A program made the position numbers and the translations under genes. From assembly GCA_951406725.2 (NCBI GenBank), contig OX597832.1, positions 10,974,001 through 11,038,000 of the forward strand: a DNA stretch of 64,000 bases. Direction: 5' to 3'. The notes below the pieces were generated by a model. That model was given only the letters and a program-made list of their open reading frames with translations, was not told the DNA's origin and searched no databases. The stretch comes from Octopus vulgaris. Its lineage: Eukaryota. Positions 44,005 to 57,040 of the stretch are shown piece after piece; within the stretch, counting starts at the first letter, position 1, and each line of letters starts with the position of its first letter.

Positions 44005-44540
44005 ATAACAATCCGGGTAGTATTACATCGACAGTTACATGATTCACACGCAAAAGCGGTATATCCTTGTGTTAGGATTTTCAGCCAATCAGAAAACAGT
44101 GAGTTCGTTGCCTCTTCTATAATCAGGGAGCGGGGGGCATCGGCATGTCAAAATATTAATCTAAAATTGGTGAGTGAGTTCCATCTGTTACGAAAACAAA
44201 CAATTATGGAACAAGTGTTGGGTACAATCCATGTGTGCATGCGCAGCATCTTAGGTTACTATGGAAACAGAGTTCTTCGCAATCAGATATGGAACACGTG
44301 GTACTTCTTCGCTTTAGTTACTATGGAAACATACTTTTTCCCCACGGTGTTATTTAAAATATTCGCTTCTGATTGGCTAAAATACCCAAATTTTGTAAAT
44401 TTTGAAGGCTAATAACTTTTTAAATATGTTTTAGGGGAAAAAATTAAATTCATTTTCATAACTAGTATACAAATCTTAATTCATGTACCAAATTTGAAAA
44501 TTGAAACAAAATGGTAAACAGTGACGAAAACCACGTAGAT

Positions 44541-44541
<1 letters not shown>
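44005..44541. mobile_element. Probable non-autonomous DNA-type element (Helentron/HINE-like?) carrying CCAAT and X-box motifs
   Basis: Internal inverted ttttcagccaatcagaa / ttctgattggctaaaa, duplicated ttagttactatggaaaca, gtaccaaatttgaa motif; class assignment tentative. Confidence 0.35.
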
Positions 44542-44605
<64 letters not shown>

Positions 44606-44694
44606 CAGAGAGAGAGAGAACCAGAGATTTTTTATATAGAAAACATTTACTACATAAATGATTTGAACTTTCACTCCGAAACTTCTGCATCGTG

Positions 44695-44696
<2 letters not shown>

Positions 44697-44779
<83 letters not shown>

Positions 44780-44785
44780 CCTATC
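44697..44785. repeat. (CTAT)n tetranucleotide repeat
   Basis: Directly visible. Confidence 0.95.
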
Positions 44786-45159
44786 TGCCTGTCGATCTCT
44801 CTGATTGCCTGTATGTCTGTTTGTATGTATGTATGTATGTATGTAAAAGCAACACCCAACCTGTCATTTGAGAACATTCGTTGCACTGCCTTTCGTCACC
44901 ATTTTTGTGTGGGTGCCGCGGAGCCCTCTTCTTTGTTCCCAAATCTTCAACCTCTTTTTTGTTCACAAATCTTCACTCTAATCGTAGTCACATTCACTTC
45001 CTCTATTTCACATTTGTGTTGAATTAAAATTGTTCTACTGAAATGAGAATACTATCTCACCGGTCTCAGAGCATCACTATAGACTAGTGCTATTGCATAT
45101 TCACTTGAACCATATGCTTTTCAAAAGAAAAGCCAGAAAATAAATATTTCAGATAATTC

Positions 45160-45245
45160 GTTGCCATAGTTTCAATAGTCGATAATCAATAATTAATAAT
45201 TATTACATATTAAATCGATCATCAACCACATCTTCAGATGTTATG
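45160..45245 (-). ncRNA. Hammerhead-like motif with a long stem II; cleavage side decayed
   Basis: CUGAAGA-U-[16-bp stem GUGGUUGAUGAUCGAU/AUUGAUUAUCGACUAU]-U-GAAAC-UAUGG-C; stem I partner not evident. Confidence 0.45.
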
Positions 45246-45898
45246 CAGAAATACAATTTGCGAATCAATTTTCTTCTTATATATATGTACACAAGGAATA
45301 AACTAAAACCAATGATAGGAAGGAAGAATGGAGTAACGAGCAACGAGAATAAAACAATTAAATTATGTGACCAGTCGAATATAATGCAGTAAAGGTTGGG
45401 TGGTTCTGAAGTCAGGGAGGTACGCACGAATGTAGAAACTTGGAAATGCACTGGACCGTGAAGGAAAACAAAACCTGAAAAGGGGTGAAATGAAATAAAG
45501 AAAACATGGCTTATAAAGGACGCAAGTAACAAAGAGGTAAATACATAGTAAGGGATGTGTGGGGCTTGACTGCAAGTATACGACAGTAGTCGAAATTCGT
45601 CTATTTAATTTAGGTTTTGTTGGCTGAAGAAAATTTGTGGTACCCAAACCATATGTTCAATGGTTAGGTTTGTGTGTACTGGGGATCAACAATTGTTAGA
45701 TACCTAGATACTTAGATAAATTTCAACCATAACAGACGCAAGCTATTCACTGTGTAGCAACACCTGGAAAAGACGTTTAATGATGTTTCATATTTCAGTC
45801 ATTATTTCGGCACCGTAGTCTACTTGAGTAAATAATTTTTGTTTGCGGATATATACTAGAGTGTAGGTGGTTTAACTGGAATTTGTTGGAGATATGTC

Positions 45899-47652
45899 CT
45901 GCTACAGATACGCATAGATCTATCTATTTATTTGTCTATCTATCGATCGATCGATCTATTTATCTACCTACCTACCTACCTCCCTACCTGCATACCTACA
46001 TACCTACATATATGCATACAAGAATACTTTGAATGTTATGCGGTTTTTTTCTCTTGTGTGACTTGGTAAGAAGAGCAGGGTCATTAGATATAAAATAAGT
46101 CTGTTTTAGTGTTTGGATGCGAGCAGGAATTTTGTAGAGGACAGTTGGGTGAATTTTGAAGTTGATGCCAACATCATTTAGGCAACGATATCGGAATATT
46201 TTCCACAAAAAGGACACAAAACCTGCTGAATTAAGAATAACCATATTTATTAGAATAGCGAAAGGCATTTAGGTGACAGAAAACTGCCGCCACTAAAATG
46301 CAGTGCCGTCTTTTCTGGGTCACATATATGTAACGTTTATTTTGAATGATATCTTGTAAGATATAACACCCTTCTTCTCATAATTCCCCGAGTCAGTATT
46401 ATATTTCCTTTTCTGCAGCATTAATTTGGGATGTCAAATAAAATGTCCCCTTTACTTTGAATAAAATAAAAACAGGGTAAAAATAATTATGGACATAGAC
46501 AGTTCCACTTACAGGAGTCTCAGTTAACAAAAAGACAATTAAAACAGTAAAGAATGGAAAGAAAATACGCGATTAAGAACATCTATATTTCCCACGTTTG
46601 GAACAACGGGCTGGCATTAGGTAATTTCTAAACTTTTCAAACAAAAACTATAATTAAATTGCTACTATTTTTCGCAGGAATTTAATATGGGAGTTTATAA
46701 CTGTCTAATTATATTGCAATACCTTTCTGCATTTCAGATATTTCCATCTAATCAATTGTATGAATTTTTATGACCAGATGCGCATATTGCTGTATCATGT
46801 TTCGTTCTCATTAGTGCGAGGCAATAAAACATGTATCAATTATACTGCAATCTTGCGGATCTCCACTCTCTGAAGTTATTCATTACAGCTAAGCATGGTG
46901 TAGTCATAGAAACAATATCGTAACAAATAAATGAGCATATGTAATGACAATATGCAAATAATCATCGACCAATTCCTTTGAAATCTGAAGGACCCTGAGC
47001 AATCACTGCGGCCCTTTTTTCTATGCTGGAAGAAAATCCCCATGTTGAGATCGATTTGGAAAGTATGGCGATATCCTAATATTAATTTCAAATTTGGGCA
47101 CAAGGCCAGAAATTTAGGTGGAGTGGATATGTCGGTTATATCGCATCAAGTGCTCGTCTGTTACTTATTATATCGACTCTCGAAAAGATGAAAAACAAAG
47201 TCGACCCCGGCGGCGTTTGAACTCGGAACATAAAATCGAGGAAAGTGCTGCTAAGCATTTTTCCCAGCGTGTTAACAATCTTCCAGCTGACTGACTTAAC
47301 GTTCTAATATTATGTATTGAAAACGTATTATATTCGAGCAAAACTATGTTGATATTATTTCTTTAGCAAGCATTAACATATGCAACTGATGATGAACATG
47401 TGTGTTTGATTTCATATAGATATATATGGATAGATAAACAGACAGACACAGACAAATAGATAGCTAGGTATGTACGTATGTATGCATGCATGTATGTATG
47501 CATATATGTATGTATGTATGTAGGTAGGTAGGTAAGTATGTAGGTAGGTAGGGAGGTAGTTAGATAAATAACTCGTTCGATCGATCGATCGATCGATCGA
47601 TAGACAAAGAGACAAATAGTTAGATAGATAGATCTGTGTGTATCTGTAGCAG
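45899..47652. repeat. Diverged inverted repeat pair (45899-46020 / ~47495-47652) built from a microsatellite mosaic
   Basis: ctgctacagatacgcatagatctatc..(gatc)n..ctacctccctacc..catatatgcataca mirrored in the same order. Confidence 0.75.
47087..47298 (-). mobile_element. SINE family B, diverged
   Basis: ggcacaaggccagaaattt...aaagtcgaccccggcggcgtttgaactc...gctaagcattt. Confidence 0.75.
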
Positions 47653-48764
47653 AAAATTCACTTTTGAATTATTAAATATGCACTTTTGAACTACTATATA
47701 AAATATAACATGCAATCATACCAAGTTAATAAATATTCAGAAACTAGAAGCTTACCATTTGATATAATATGCATAAAACTGAAAGAATGTCATAATCGGT
47801 TTTTTGAAAGTTACACTAAGAGCAGTTGATGTCAGTAATTTTACTATTCACGATCTCTCCGATTGTGTAAAGTTTGCTCATATTTTCGAATTTCAGGATA
47901 GGAGACTACACTCTAATTATCTTTTAAATTCAGAATAGATTACAGTTTCATAAATATTAGCAGTAGCATGAACGATGTAGATTCATATCTGTTGGTGTTC
48001 AACTATACTTCGTGGATTTTAATAGATAAACTTTACCTCCATCAATTTTGGAAATTTTGATAATTTCTTTTAGTACTTCTAACAGTTCTTCCACCATGCA
48101 CATATTTCTAGGTCAAGGCACACAGCAATTCCCTTTCGTGTCACATAAATTAACCGGTTTTTGTTTTACAATATATATATATATATATATCCACAATATT
48201 CAATCTCTTCGCAGCAGCTACTCAATCTAAATAAACATCCGCTTGACTTGTTCGTAACACGCAACTCTGAGTAACAGGCACTCAAATTGATAGATAGAGA
48301 TGAGATGTTCTGATATAAATATATATGGACAATTGCCTTAACTGAGGAACCTATGTGCATAAACAATTCCATTTTGGCACGGATCAAGGCTATTCTGAAT
48401 ATGATATAGCGCATTATCAATTCAATATTCAACTAAATATTGTATTATTGAATTCCGTTTAATTAATGTTCTGTCGTTTCTATCGTAAATATTAATTTGC
48501 TTCCATTTGGGCAATTATAAATGATAAAGTCATATGTCCTGATTGGAAAACCATTTGTATCTTACAATATTTGCTACAAATCTGTTCATGCGGCAACTTT
48601 CAGCTTCCCCCCACCTCTTTCCTTGACCATTATATTTGGTATCTTATCTAAATTGTATAGATGTCCCTCATGTTTAAAACAAGCATTGCAGTACTAAGCA
48701 TCGAAGAATTACGATAAAAGAGAATCAACTCATAATAAAAATATATTTATGTATCTGTGCGTGT

Positions 48765-48966
<202 letters not shown>

Positions 48967-50800
48967 TGGGGTACGTATATATGTTTTCTATTCGTTTCTC
49001 TCTATGTTGCGTATTTAACTCATTTGTTCTCGTATTTCATGCTGTTTACTGCTTTTGAGGTCCTGTACCTATATATGCATATACGTATATATAAGCATGC
49101 ATTTTAAAACAGAAGAAAATATAAATGTTAGTCCTGCTTCGTTTACGTTTTTGAAGATGCAAATACCACACATTATTAGATTTTATTCTTGCTACTTCAT
49201 ACTTTCTTATCTAAATGGCGACTGACATTTGAGTTTAATGATTCTGAGAGGTTGCATCGAGAACATAACTATAAAATTATTTAGCTCGCATAACCTTTTT
49301 GTGTGAGAAGTTTATGTCATTTTACTCGTTCAATAACAAAGTGAAATAACTTGCCTAGATTCATCTCATCAACCCATCGGTGAAAGTCTTGATTCACTTT
49401 AAACAATAAAACACTAAAATCGTTATTTATCTCTTTATTTTAATAGCTAAAGTGTTTCTCTTTAGATACGAAAACCTACGTCTCTTGTTTTGAACGAAAA
49501 AGCTATATTATATCTTCTCTTAGTAAACATATTATTCTCTTGGATGTAATATCAAGTAAGATATTAGTTTGCATTCTGTAGCAAGTTCTTGTAAAAGAGA
49601 CAAAAAAAGAAAACGTATCAAATGTTCAAAAACAACTATTGTTATATAATGTCTTGATGGCAGTTTTAATAGTTGATATTTTTCCCAAATGGTAAACACA
49701 GCTTAATGCTCGATGTCTAAATCTTATGAATCTATGATTTATATCGCAATACTCACAGAATTACACTTTGAAGTATTTTTTAATCATCTTACAATTGACG
49801 TATCCTTTAAAGATATTTCTCTTCTAGGCGTATGGTCTACGATATTACATTTCGGTTTCAAATAGCATCCTACTTGCGACAACAGAGACAATCAATTACA
49901 TGTATACTGATCAATTGAACGGCCAAGTTTTACTTCCACTATTTTTAGACGTAAACATTCTAAAACCGCTGTCATGTCTTAAAGCTTGTTTTCGGTACTC
50001 GAAGAAATGTAGGAAGTAGCAATTTTGTTGACGTTAATAATAAAACAGTATTTTTAAATGTGTTCTAAACACAGTTATACAAACTACAGATTCTATGTGC
50101 CTTAATATTACAGTTTGCATTGGCTATAAATGTTTGTAATGAACAAACATGAAATTTGTGATTGTATTAGTCGGCTATGATATTAAAATGGCGTTATTAA
50201 CGATATTATTAAAGAAATGTCATGTTTGCAACAAATTTATTGACTATACATGTGAGGAAAATGATGTGTACAAAAATCGTAATTAAGATACACATGAATT
50301 CTCAGTAGCTGCGCTCCATTCCATGGCATTCATAAAATTCGGCGGTGCGATGACGCTTGTGGATTACTTACATTAATTAGCATGAAAAGCAGAATATGAG
50401 ATGTGTTAGTATCATAGGAAGAAAATGTTCTATTATTAGGAAGAATAAAATGCATATTGTGAATTCAAGGTAGCTTTAGACAGTATTGTAAATTATATTC
50501 CTTCTAAGTTATATAACGATTAATAAACATATACTATACTTAAAGAAAACTATTAGAAAAATATTTACATCGTTACAGAAAACCTGGAAAAAGCTGATGT
50601 ATAACCAACCAACAGAGTCACACAACTTAATTACAATTAAAATACAACTATTAGTAAATGTTGAATTTCATAGCACGACATGATATATGTGCTCAAGTGA
50701 TTGTATGTGTGCGTGTGTCTGCATATGTGTGTGCACCAATAGTGTATATAAGGATATATATATATATATGTGTGTGCGTGTGTGTGTGTGTGTGTAGATA

Positions 50801-51220
50801 TAGATGAATTAGGTATTTAGTTGAGGCACCAGAATTTAGTACCGTAATTTTTCATACAATTTCAATATAAGGTGAATAAAATCAAAATTTGCAACCAGGA
50901 TATCCAGAGGTAATGCAACATGAGGGATTAGTTCACAGGGGAAGAAAGCGATTAGGTACGCTATGTAAGTGCTGTAATGGATTACTAGCGCAGCAAGGTC
51001 ATAGCCGAGATGGTAATTAAGGATTCATTGCAGATTTCCACACTGTCACGCCTGTATATATAAATCAAAATAAGCAACAAGAATATCCAGAGGTACTGCA
51101 TTACGTCTGGATATCTTTGTTGCTCATTTTGATTGAAATCACTCCTTTTTGATTATATGGATAATACCATACTAATTTCTGGTGCCTTTAACTTAAGTAC
51201 CATATTCAACTGAATCTAAA
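50801..51220. mobile_element. Fold-back element of the same family as 8691-9140, lacking the ribozyme core
   Basis: Outer inverted ends aggtatttagttgaggcaccagaa / ttctggtgcctttaacttaagtacc; inner palindrome 51063-51134; microsatellite flanks. Confidence 0.7.
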
Positions 51221-52204
51221 TTTTACTGAACCTATATATATACACATGTATATGTACAAGTGAAACTATGAAGACTTCTTCAAATACAAGGATTATAGCA
51301 ATATTTACTCCGATAAAGCTGTATATTGTACACACGTGAACACAATATATTACTAGGCATGCTTTAATTCAATGAAATATTTCAAAAATTGTAAATATCT
51401 ATATCATAGTTTTCTCGCTCCTTACTTTCTTACCTCGATTTAATTTTCTATGAATGCAATTAATCATGCTTATCATAAAAATGTATGAATATTTTCATAG
51501 GAATATAGTAACCTGATAAGATATTCCATGGTTATTTTTTATGGAACATAACTTGATAGATGATATGATGTATAATCTAACTTTAAATTAAGAAAGTAGC
51601 TCCGATGAAGTCCTTTTATTATTTTTGATCATATTTGAATTATGCTACAGAATCGCTAAGTTAATAATTACACGAAATATTGCTACAATAATTCGTTTTC
51701 TAAATACGAAGAAACAGGCGGAGTAATTTTCATTTTATAGTCATTTTCTAATTAATTCTAAAAATGAGGCTACCAACTCAATTTTCAGTGCTGCTTTATC
51801 TTCCTTTATCTTTTTTCCTTTTACAAAGAAAAAAAATGGGCACATATCCAAAAAATACATGATTACTATACGTTCATTGAGTATTGATTCAAGAGAAAAA
51901 AAATTTCTTACTGGCGCTATATTCTCTTTGTATATAGATTTATCATTTAGGGCAGACAATCTCGGATATTACAAAAGATTGTATAAAATATTCTATTGAC
52001 CCATGTTGACACATCACTGCAATAAAAGAACTCGCTCTTACTGACATTGTTTATATGTGTATTTGATTTTTTTATATATTATCTTTCACATTGATCGCAG
52101 TGTTTGATATGTGCAAACATCTACGTTGAATATTATGAAACTAATTCGCCTTCAGTTTTCGGAAGACATCACAATAATATTATCGTTAAAATCGACGACT
52201 AACG

Positions 52205-52283
52205 ATATCTGTCTATCTCTCTATCTATATACATATGTATGTAAGTATATATATATATATATATGCAGAGAGAGAGATAGATT

Positions 52284-52333
<50 letters not shown>

Positions 52334-52351
52334 GAGAGATATATATAGATT

Positions 52352-52393
<42 letters not shown>

Positions 52394-52643
52394 GATATAT
52401 ATATATAGATTTACATACATATTATATATATATATATATATATATAGATAGATATATAGATATATGTATGTATAGATAGATAGATAGATATAGATATATA
52501 TGTATATAGATAGATATAGATATATGTATGTATAGATAGATAGATAGATATAGATATATGTATGTATAAATAGATAGATGATAGATATAGATATATGTAT
52601 GTATAAATACATACATATTTATATATACATATATATATGCATG

Positions 52644-52708
<65 letters not shown>

Positions 52709-52711
52709 ATA

Positions 52712-52749
<38 letters not shown>

Positions 52750-52750
52750 A
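52205..52750. repeat. Compound microsatellite with 3 copies of atagatttacatacat(at)n
   Basis: Directly visible. Confidence 0.9.
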
Positions 52751-53107
52751 TAGAGAATATTTGACAGCATTAATGTGGATTTCAAACATCAAACAATTGA
52801 TTTCGTCGATTACCACTTCCAAATAATTTTATATCCGAACATATAAAAACATATTTCTCTTTAAATAACAAAAATATCGGAGAGCTTAGTAAAGCATGGA
52901 AATTGACGAAGCGTTCGACCGAATAAGTTTTGTAATTTACACATTTCAATGAAGATACTAAAATGTGTTTTGTATCTTTACTTGGATATATCTGTTCGGA
53001 ATTATGTATCATTTTACAAGGAAGTATGGGTTTATATATCACCTATTCTATACAAAATATGTCGAAATGTATTCATAGATGATTGCATATATTTCTACTC
53101 TCTCTTT

Positions 53108-53164
<57 letters not shown>

Positions 53165-53429
53165 TCACACATACGCAAACACACAGAGGCACACACACAT
53201 ACATGTATAGATACATGCATATATCTGTGTGTTCACTATATATCTAATCCTGATCGTTCGTGTGGTTGTGTAAGATCGAATGTGTGTCGTATCAGTGTAT
53301 GCAGTGCATGTGTATGTGCAGCGTATGCAGTGTGTATCTGTTTGTGTGTGTCTGTTTATGCGTATTGCACACATTATATACATTTGTGTATTATAATACA
53401 TATACTATACATATTGTATTATATTTAGA

Positions 53430-53516
53430 CTCCCCACTAAAATTCCCTTTAAGACGGTGCTCTAGCATGGCCGCAGTCGCATGACTGAAACAAGTAAAAG
53501 CATAAAAAATAAAAGA
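53430..53516 (+). mobile_element. SINE family A 3' tail fragment
   Basis: cggtgctctagcatggccgcagtcgcatgactgaaacaagtaaaag. Confidence 0.8.
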
Positions 53517-53556
53517 TTAGACGTTTGTGTATATAGATATGCATATATATATATAT

Positions 53557-53602
<46 letters not shown>

Positions 53603-54269
53603 GTATGTGTGTATGTATGTATGTGTGTGTCTGTGTGTGTATGTGTATGTATGTATGTATGTGTGTATGTATGTATGTATGTATGTATAGGTAGATAGAT
53701 AGATAGAATGTATTCATAGATAGATAGATAGTGTGTATATTTGTGAATGTGTGTGTATACATACTTTACAATCTTTAGATCTGTGAATATTATTCATATA
53801 ATGATTAGCATGTAATTGAATTTAGTACAGACAACTAGGCATATTGTCGGCAATCTTCTGTAGAGACGTTGGGCTTAGTATGCTATGATAGATATTTGTT
53901 CGTGAGAAATATGCTTAATGTTCCACGAAGAGACTATAAAATGTCAAGCTTCAATTGTTACCACTGTATCCATGGAGCAACTCATGACTAAATCGGTACT
54001 ATTTTAATTGAAATGCATGAACAGGCACACAGTCACGATTCGAAGAATCTTTCTCTTACCCTGCCTTGCGGTAAGCATATTAATTAGTGCACACAGCGCA
54101 GAGCATCTGTTAATTTCATAATTTGAAATAAGATACTACAAATTGTATATACTTTTTCGTAGAAATGTTGTAGTGCTTTTAAAGTTGTTACCAAGTGTTT
54201 CTTATATTAACTGTTGCAAGACTGGATATTTTTCTTAGCAGTAACAGCATACATGCCCTGATTTACAGG

Positions 54270-54306
<37 letters not shown>

Positions 54307-54490
54307 GTATATTTAAATAATGAGGGAGATGAGGTATGTAATTAATTCTGTTTTTTATATAAATTTTCATCCGTCCTGCCCGCCAAATTTGGTTCTGGTG
54401 TTCGTTGAATTTTTCCTCTAGTGAACTTTCTTTGTACTTTGATTGTTGATGATCTATTTCTAGCATACCTAGTAGTCTTGTCCTGCCAAT

Positions 54491-54599
<109 letters not shown>

Positions 54600-55202
54600 C
54601 ACACACACACTTACATACATACTGTACCAGTACCTCTGTGAGTATAAGGGCGAGAGAGGTTAGTGTTTATATTATAAGAATGTTTACTTTAGGGTCTTAT
54701 TGTGAAGTAGTTTTATCCAGCATCTCTAGAGAGAAATAATGTATCAGTAAACCAAGGAGATCTTACTCACCTGGGCGATTGTGATGTCTTTACATTTTAG
54801 CAATCAGTTCACCATTCCGGTTTGCAGTTTGTTGTTGTTAAAGCTATTTTTGGAATTATGGCCTATATTCCCATGTTGTTGTTGCACTTGGTAATGTTTT
54901 TCCGTTAGTGTTAGTTCGTTTCTTTTGTTATGGGGTGATGTGTCCTAGTTCAAATACAATCTCTGTTATTCAGTACATCTATAATCATTTGGTGTCACTG
55001 TTTCTGTGAAAGCGTTCTGTTTATTTCTAATTGCCTTAAGTATGGTTCCGCAAATCCTGGAAATAAACTGGAAATGTATTGTCTGATTTAACGATAAATT
55101 TCTTTTAAAGATCTCTTCCTACCATAGTTTGTAGGACATCTGTAATACTTTTGTTTTGCTTTATAGAAATATATAAGTGTGTGTTAATAGAACGTCTCTC
55201 TA

Positions 55203-55566
55203 TACTCTTACTCTTTTACTTGTTTCAGTCATTTGACTGCGGCCATGCTGGAGCACCGCCTTTAGTCGAGCAAATCGACCCCGGCACTTATTCTTTGTAA
55301 TTCTATCGGTCTCTTTTTGCCGAACCGCTAGGTGACGGGGACGTAAACACACCAGCATCGGGGACAAACACAGGCACACAAACACACACATATACATATA
55401 TACGACAGGCTTCTTTCAGTTTCCGTCTACCAAATCCACTCACAAGGCATTGGTCGGCCCGGGGCTATAGCAGAAGACACTTGCCCAAGATGCAACGCAG
55501 TGGGACTGAACCCGGAACCATATGGTTGGTTAGCAAGCTACTTACCACACAGCTACTCCTGCGCCT
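55203..55566 (-). mobile_element. SINE family A with internal deletions
   Basis: tacttgtttcagtcatttgactgcggccatgctgg...acagctactcctgcgcct. Confidence 0.92.
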
Positions 55567-56780
55567 ATATATATATATCTATATATATATTTTCGCCAAA
55601 ATATGCTTTGGAATTCATTTTGGGTATATGTGAGAGCGTTATGTGAACTTAACACTATTCAATATGAAATTGTTTTAACCACATGCAAGTGTTTTTCTTT
55701 TTATGTAGGTCTCAACTGGTTATCTTTTTTCCCTTCAGCAGATTTTCTTATACACTGAGCTATTTTCAAGACTGAATATACTTCCGTTTTGTGTCATTAG
55801 ATTTATCTTTAATATAATGGTAATGGAATCCTTAAGCTACATATCATTTACTCGAAATAATAATTTAGTACGGTTGATGACACCGATAACTATTTTTTTT
55901 TAATTTCTGAAAATATTATTTTGTAATAGGTTCATACACAAACATTTGTCATGAAACATTTCTGTGATTAGGTTTCTAAACTCCGATTTCTTAATTCCAA
56001 AAGCTTATATTCATTCATAGAAAGATGTATACATTTTCTTATTTGTTTTCATATATTTGTACAATATTCATTACTTAGTGCAAATCAGAGTCGCCATATA
56101 TATAAATTTTATGCAATTAGGGTTTACAGTCCCGATGTATGCGTTTCAGACAACTCAGATCTTTAGTTAAACAATCAGAAGTTACGACATATGGAGAAGT
56201 TCTTTATTATTAGGAGGTTCCAGTTTATTTTGAGTCCACCCGGAAGTTCTATGGATTTGTTACATAGTTCAGTGTATTTTATATTAATAATTTTGACTAC
56301 GTTTATACAAGCAACGGGAAATCAGACTGAGAGATAAGGATTACTTGCCTTTAGGGGGAAGAGAAAAATGAACACAACAAACGTAAGTAGCTGTTTTCCT
56401 GAATAACGTCATGAAAAACACCTTATCTAAAATAACAAAACCAATCCTTTTCCGCGTGAAATTAGTTTACATGTATAATACTCCCTCACTTCTCTCTATT
56501 TACATCATCATTATTAAATAAAATACCAGTTACTATGTACAGTGTGTTTACGTATTTGTTAATTCATAAATATACATGCAGAATCCTAGAATATACTTAA
56601 GTATTGAACCTAGAAAAGCAAACAACAAACAGTAATTAAGCCTGGAAAGGTACAAGGCAAGAAGGGAAAACTTAAACTATTACTGCCGAGGTTAGAATTT
56701 AAAAACTAACAGATTAAACAAAACATTTTTCTTTACATTTGCATGTTTAAATTAAAATACTCAAGAAGCCGTTCGTTCTC

Positions 56781-57040
56781 AATTGCAGCGTGGTAGGTGT
56801 TTATAAACCATTTCAAAATACACAAAACCATTGGATTCACTTCAATATTTAAATTTAATTTTCGTTGCTCTGAAACCGCAACATGTTCATTGACAGAATT
56901 CCGTGCTGCATCTTGTCAGTGAACAGATCGCGGTTTCAAAGTGACGAAAATATTTTGATAAATTAAACTTAAATATTGAAGTGGATCTAACGGTTTTAGT
57001 GTTTTTAAATGGCTTATGAGCACCTTTCACGCTGCAACTG
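56781..57040. mobile_element. Fold-back element (arms 56781-56895 / 56914-57040, ~18-nt spacer)
   Basis: ttgcagcgtggtaggtgtttataaaccatt...tgttcattgaca mirrored by tgtcagtgaaca...gcacctttcacgctgcaa. Confidence 0.85.
56913..56961 (+). ncRNA. Minimal hammerhead-like motif, G3-C8 variant
   Basis: UUGUCA-GUGAACA-G(A)UCGC gguuucaaa GUGAC-GAAA-AUAU-UU^UGAUAA. Confidence 0.55.

Noticed and set aside
44781-44966. ORF faintly like a Tc1 N-terminus (KKRAPRHPHK)
   Set aside because: Too short, with no TIR or DDE region.
54790-55140. Possible second decayed PLE endonuclease tail (NRNGELIAK..RHH) on the - strand
   Set aside because: Only one weak motif could be read.
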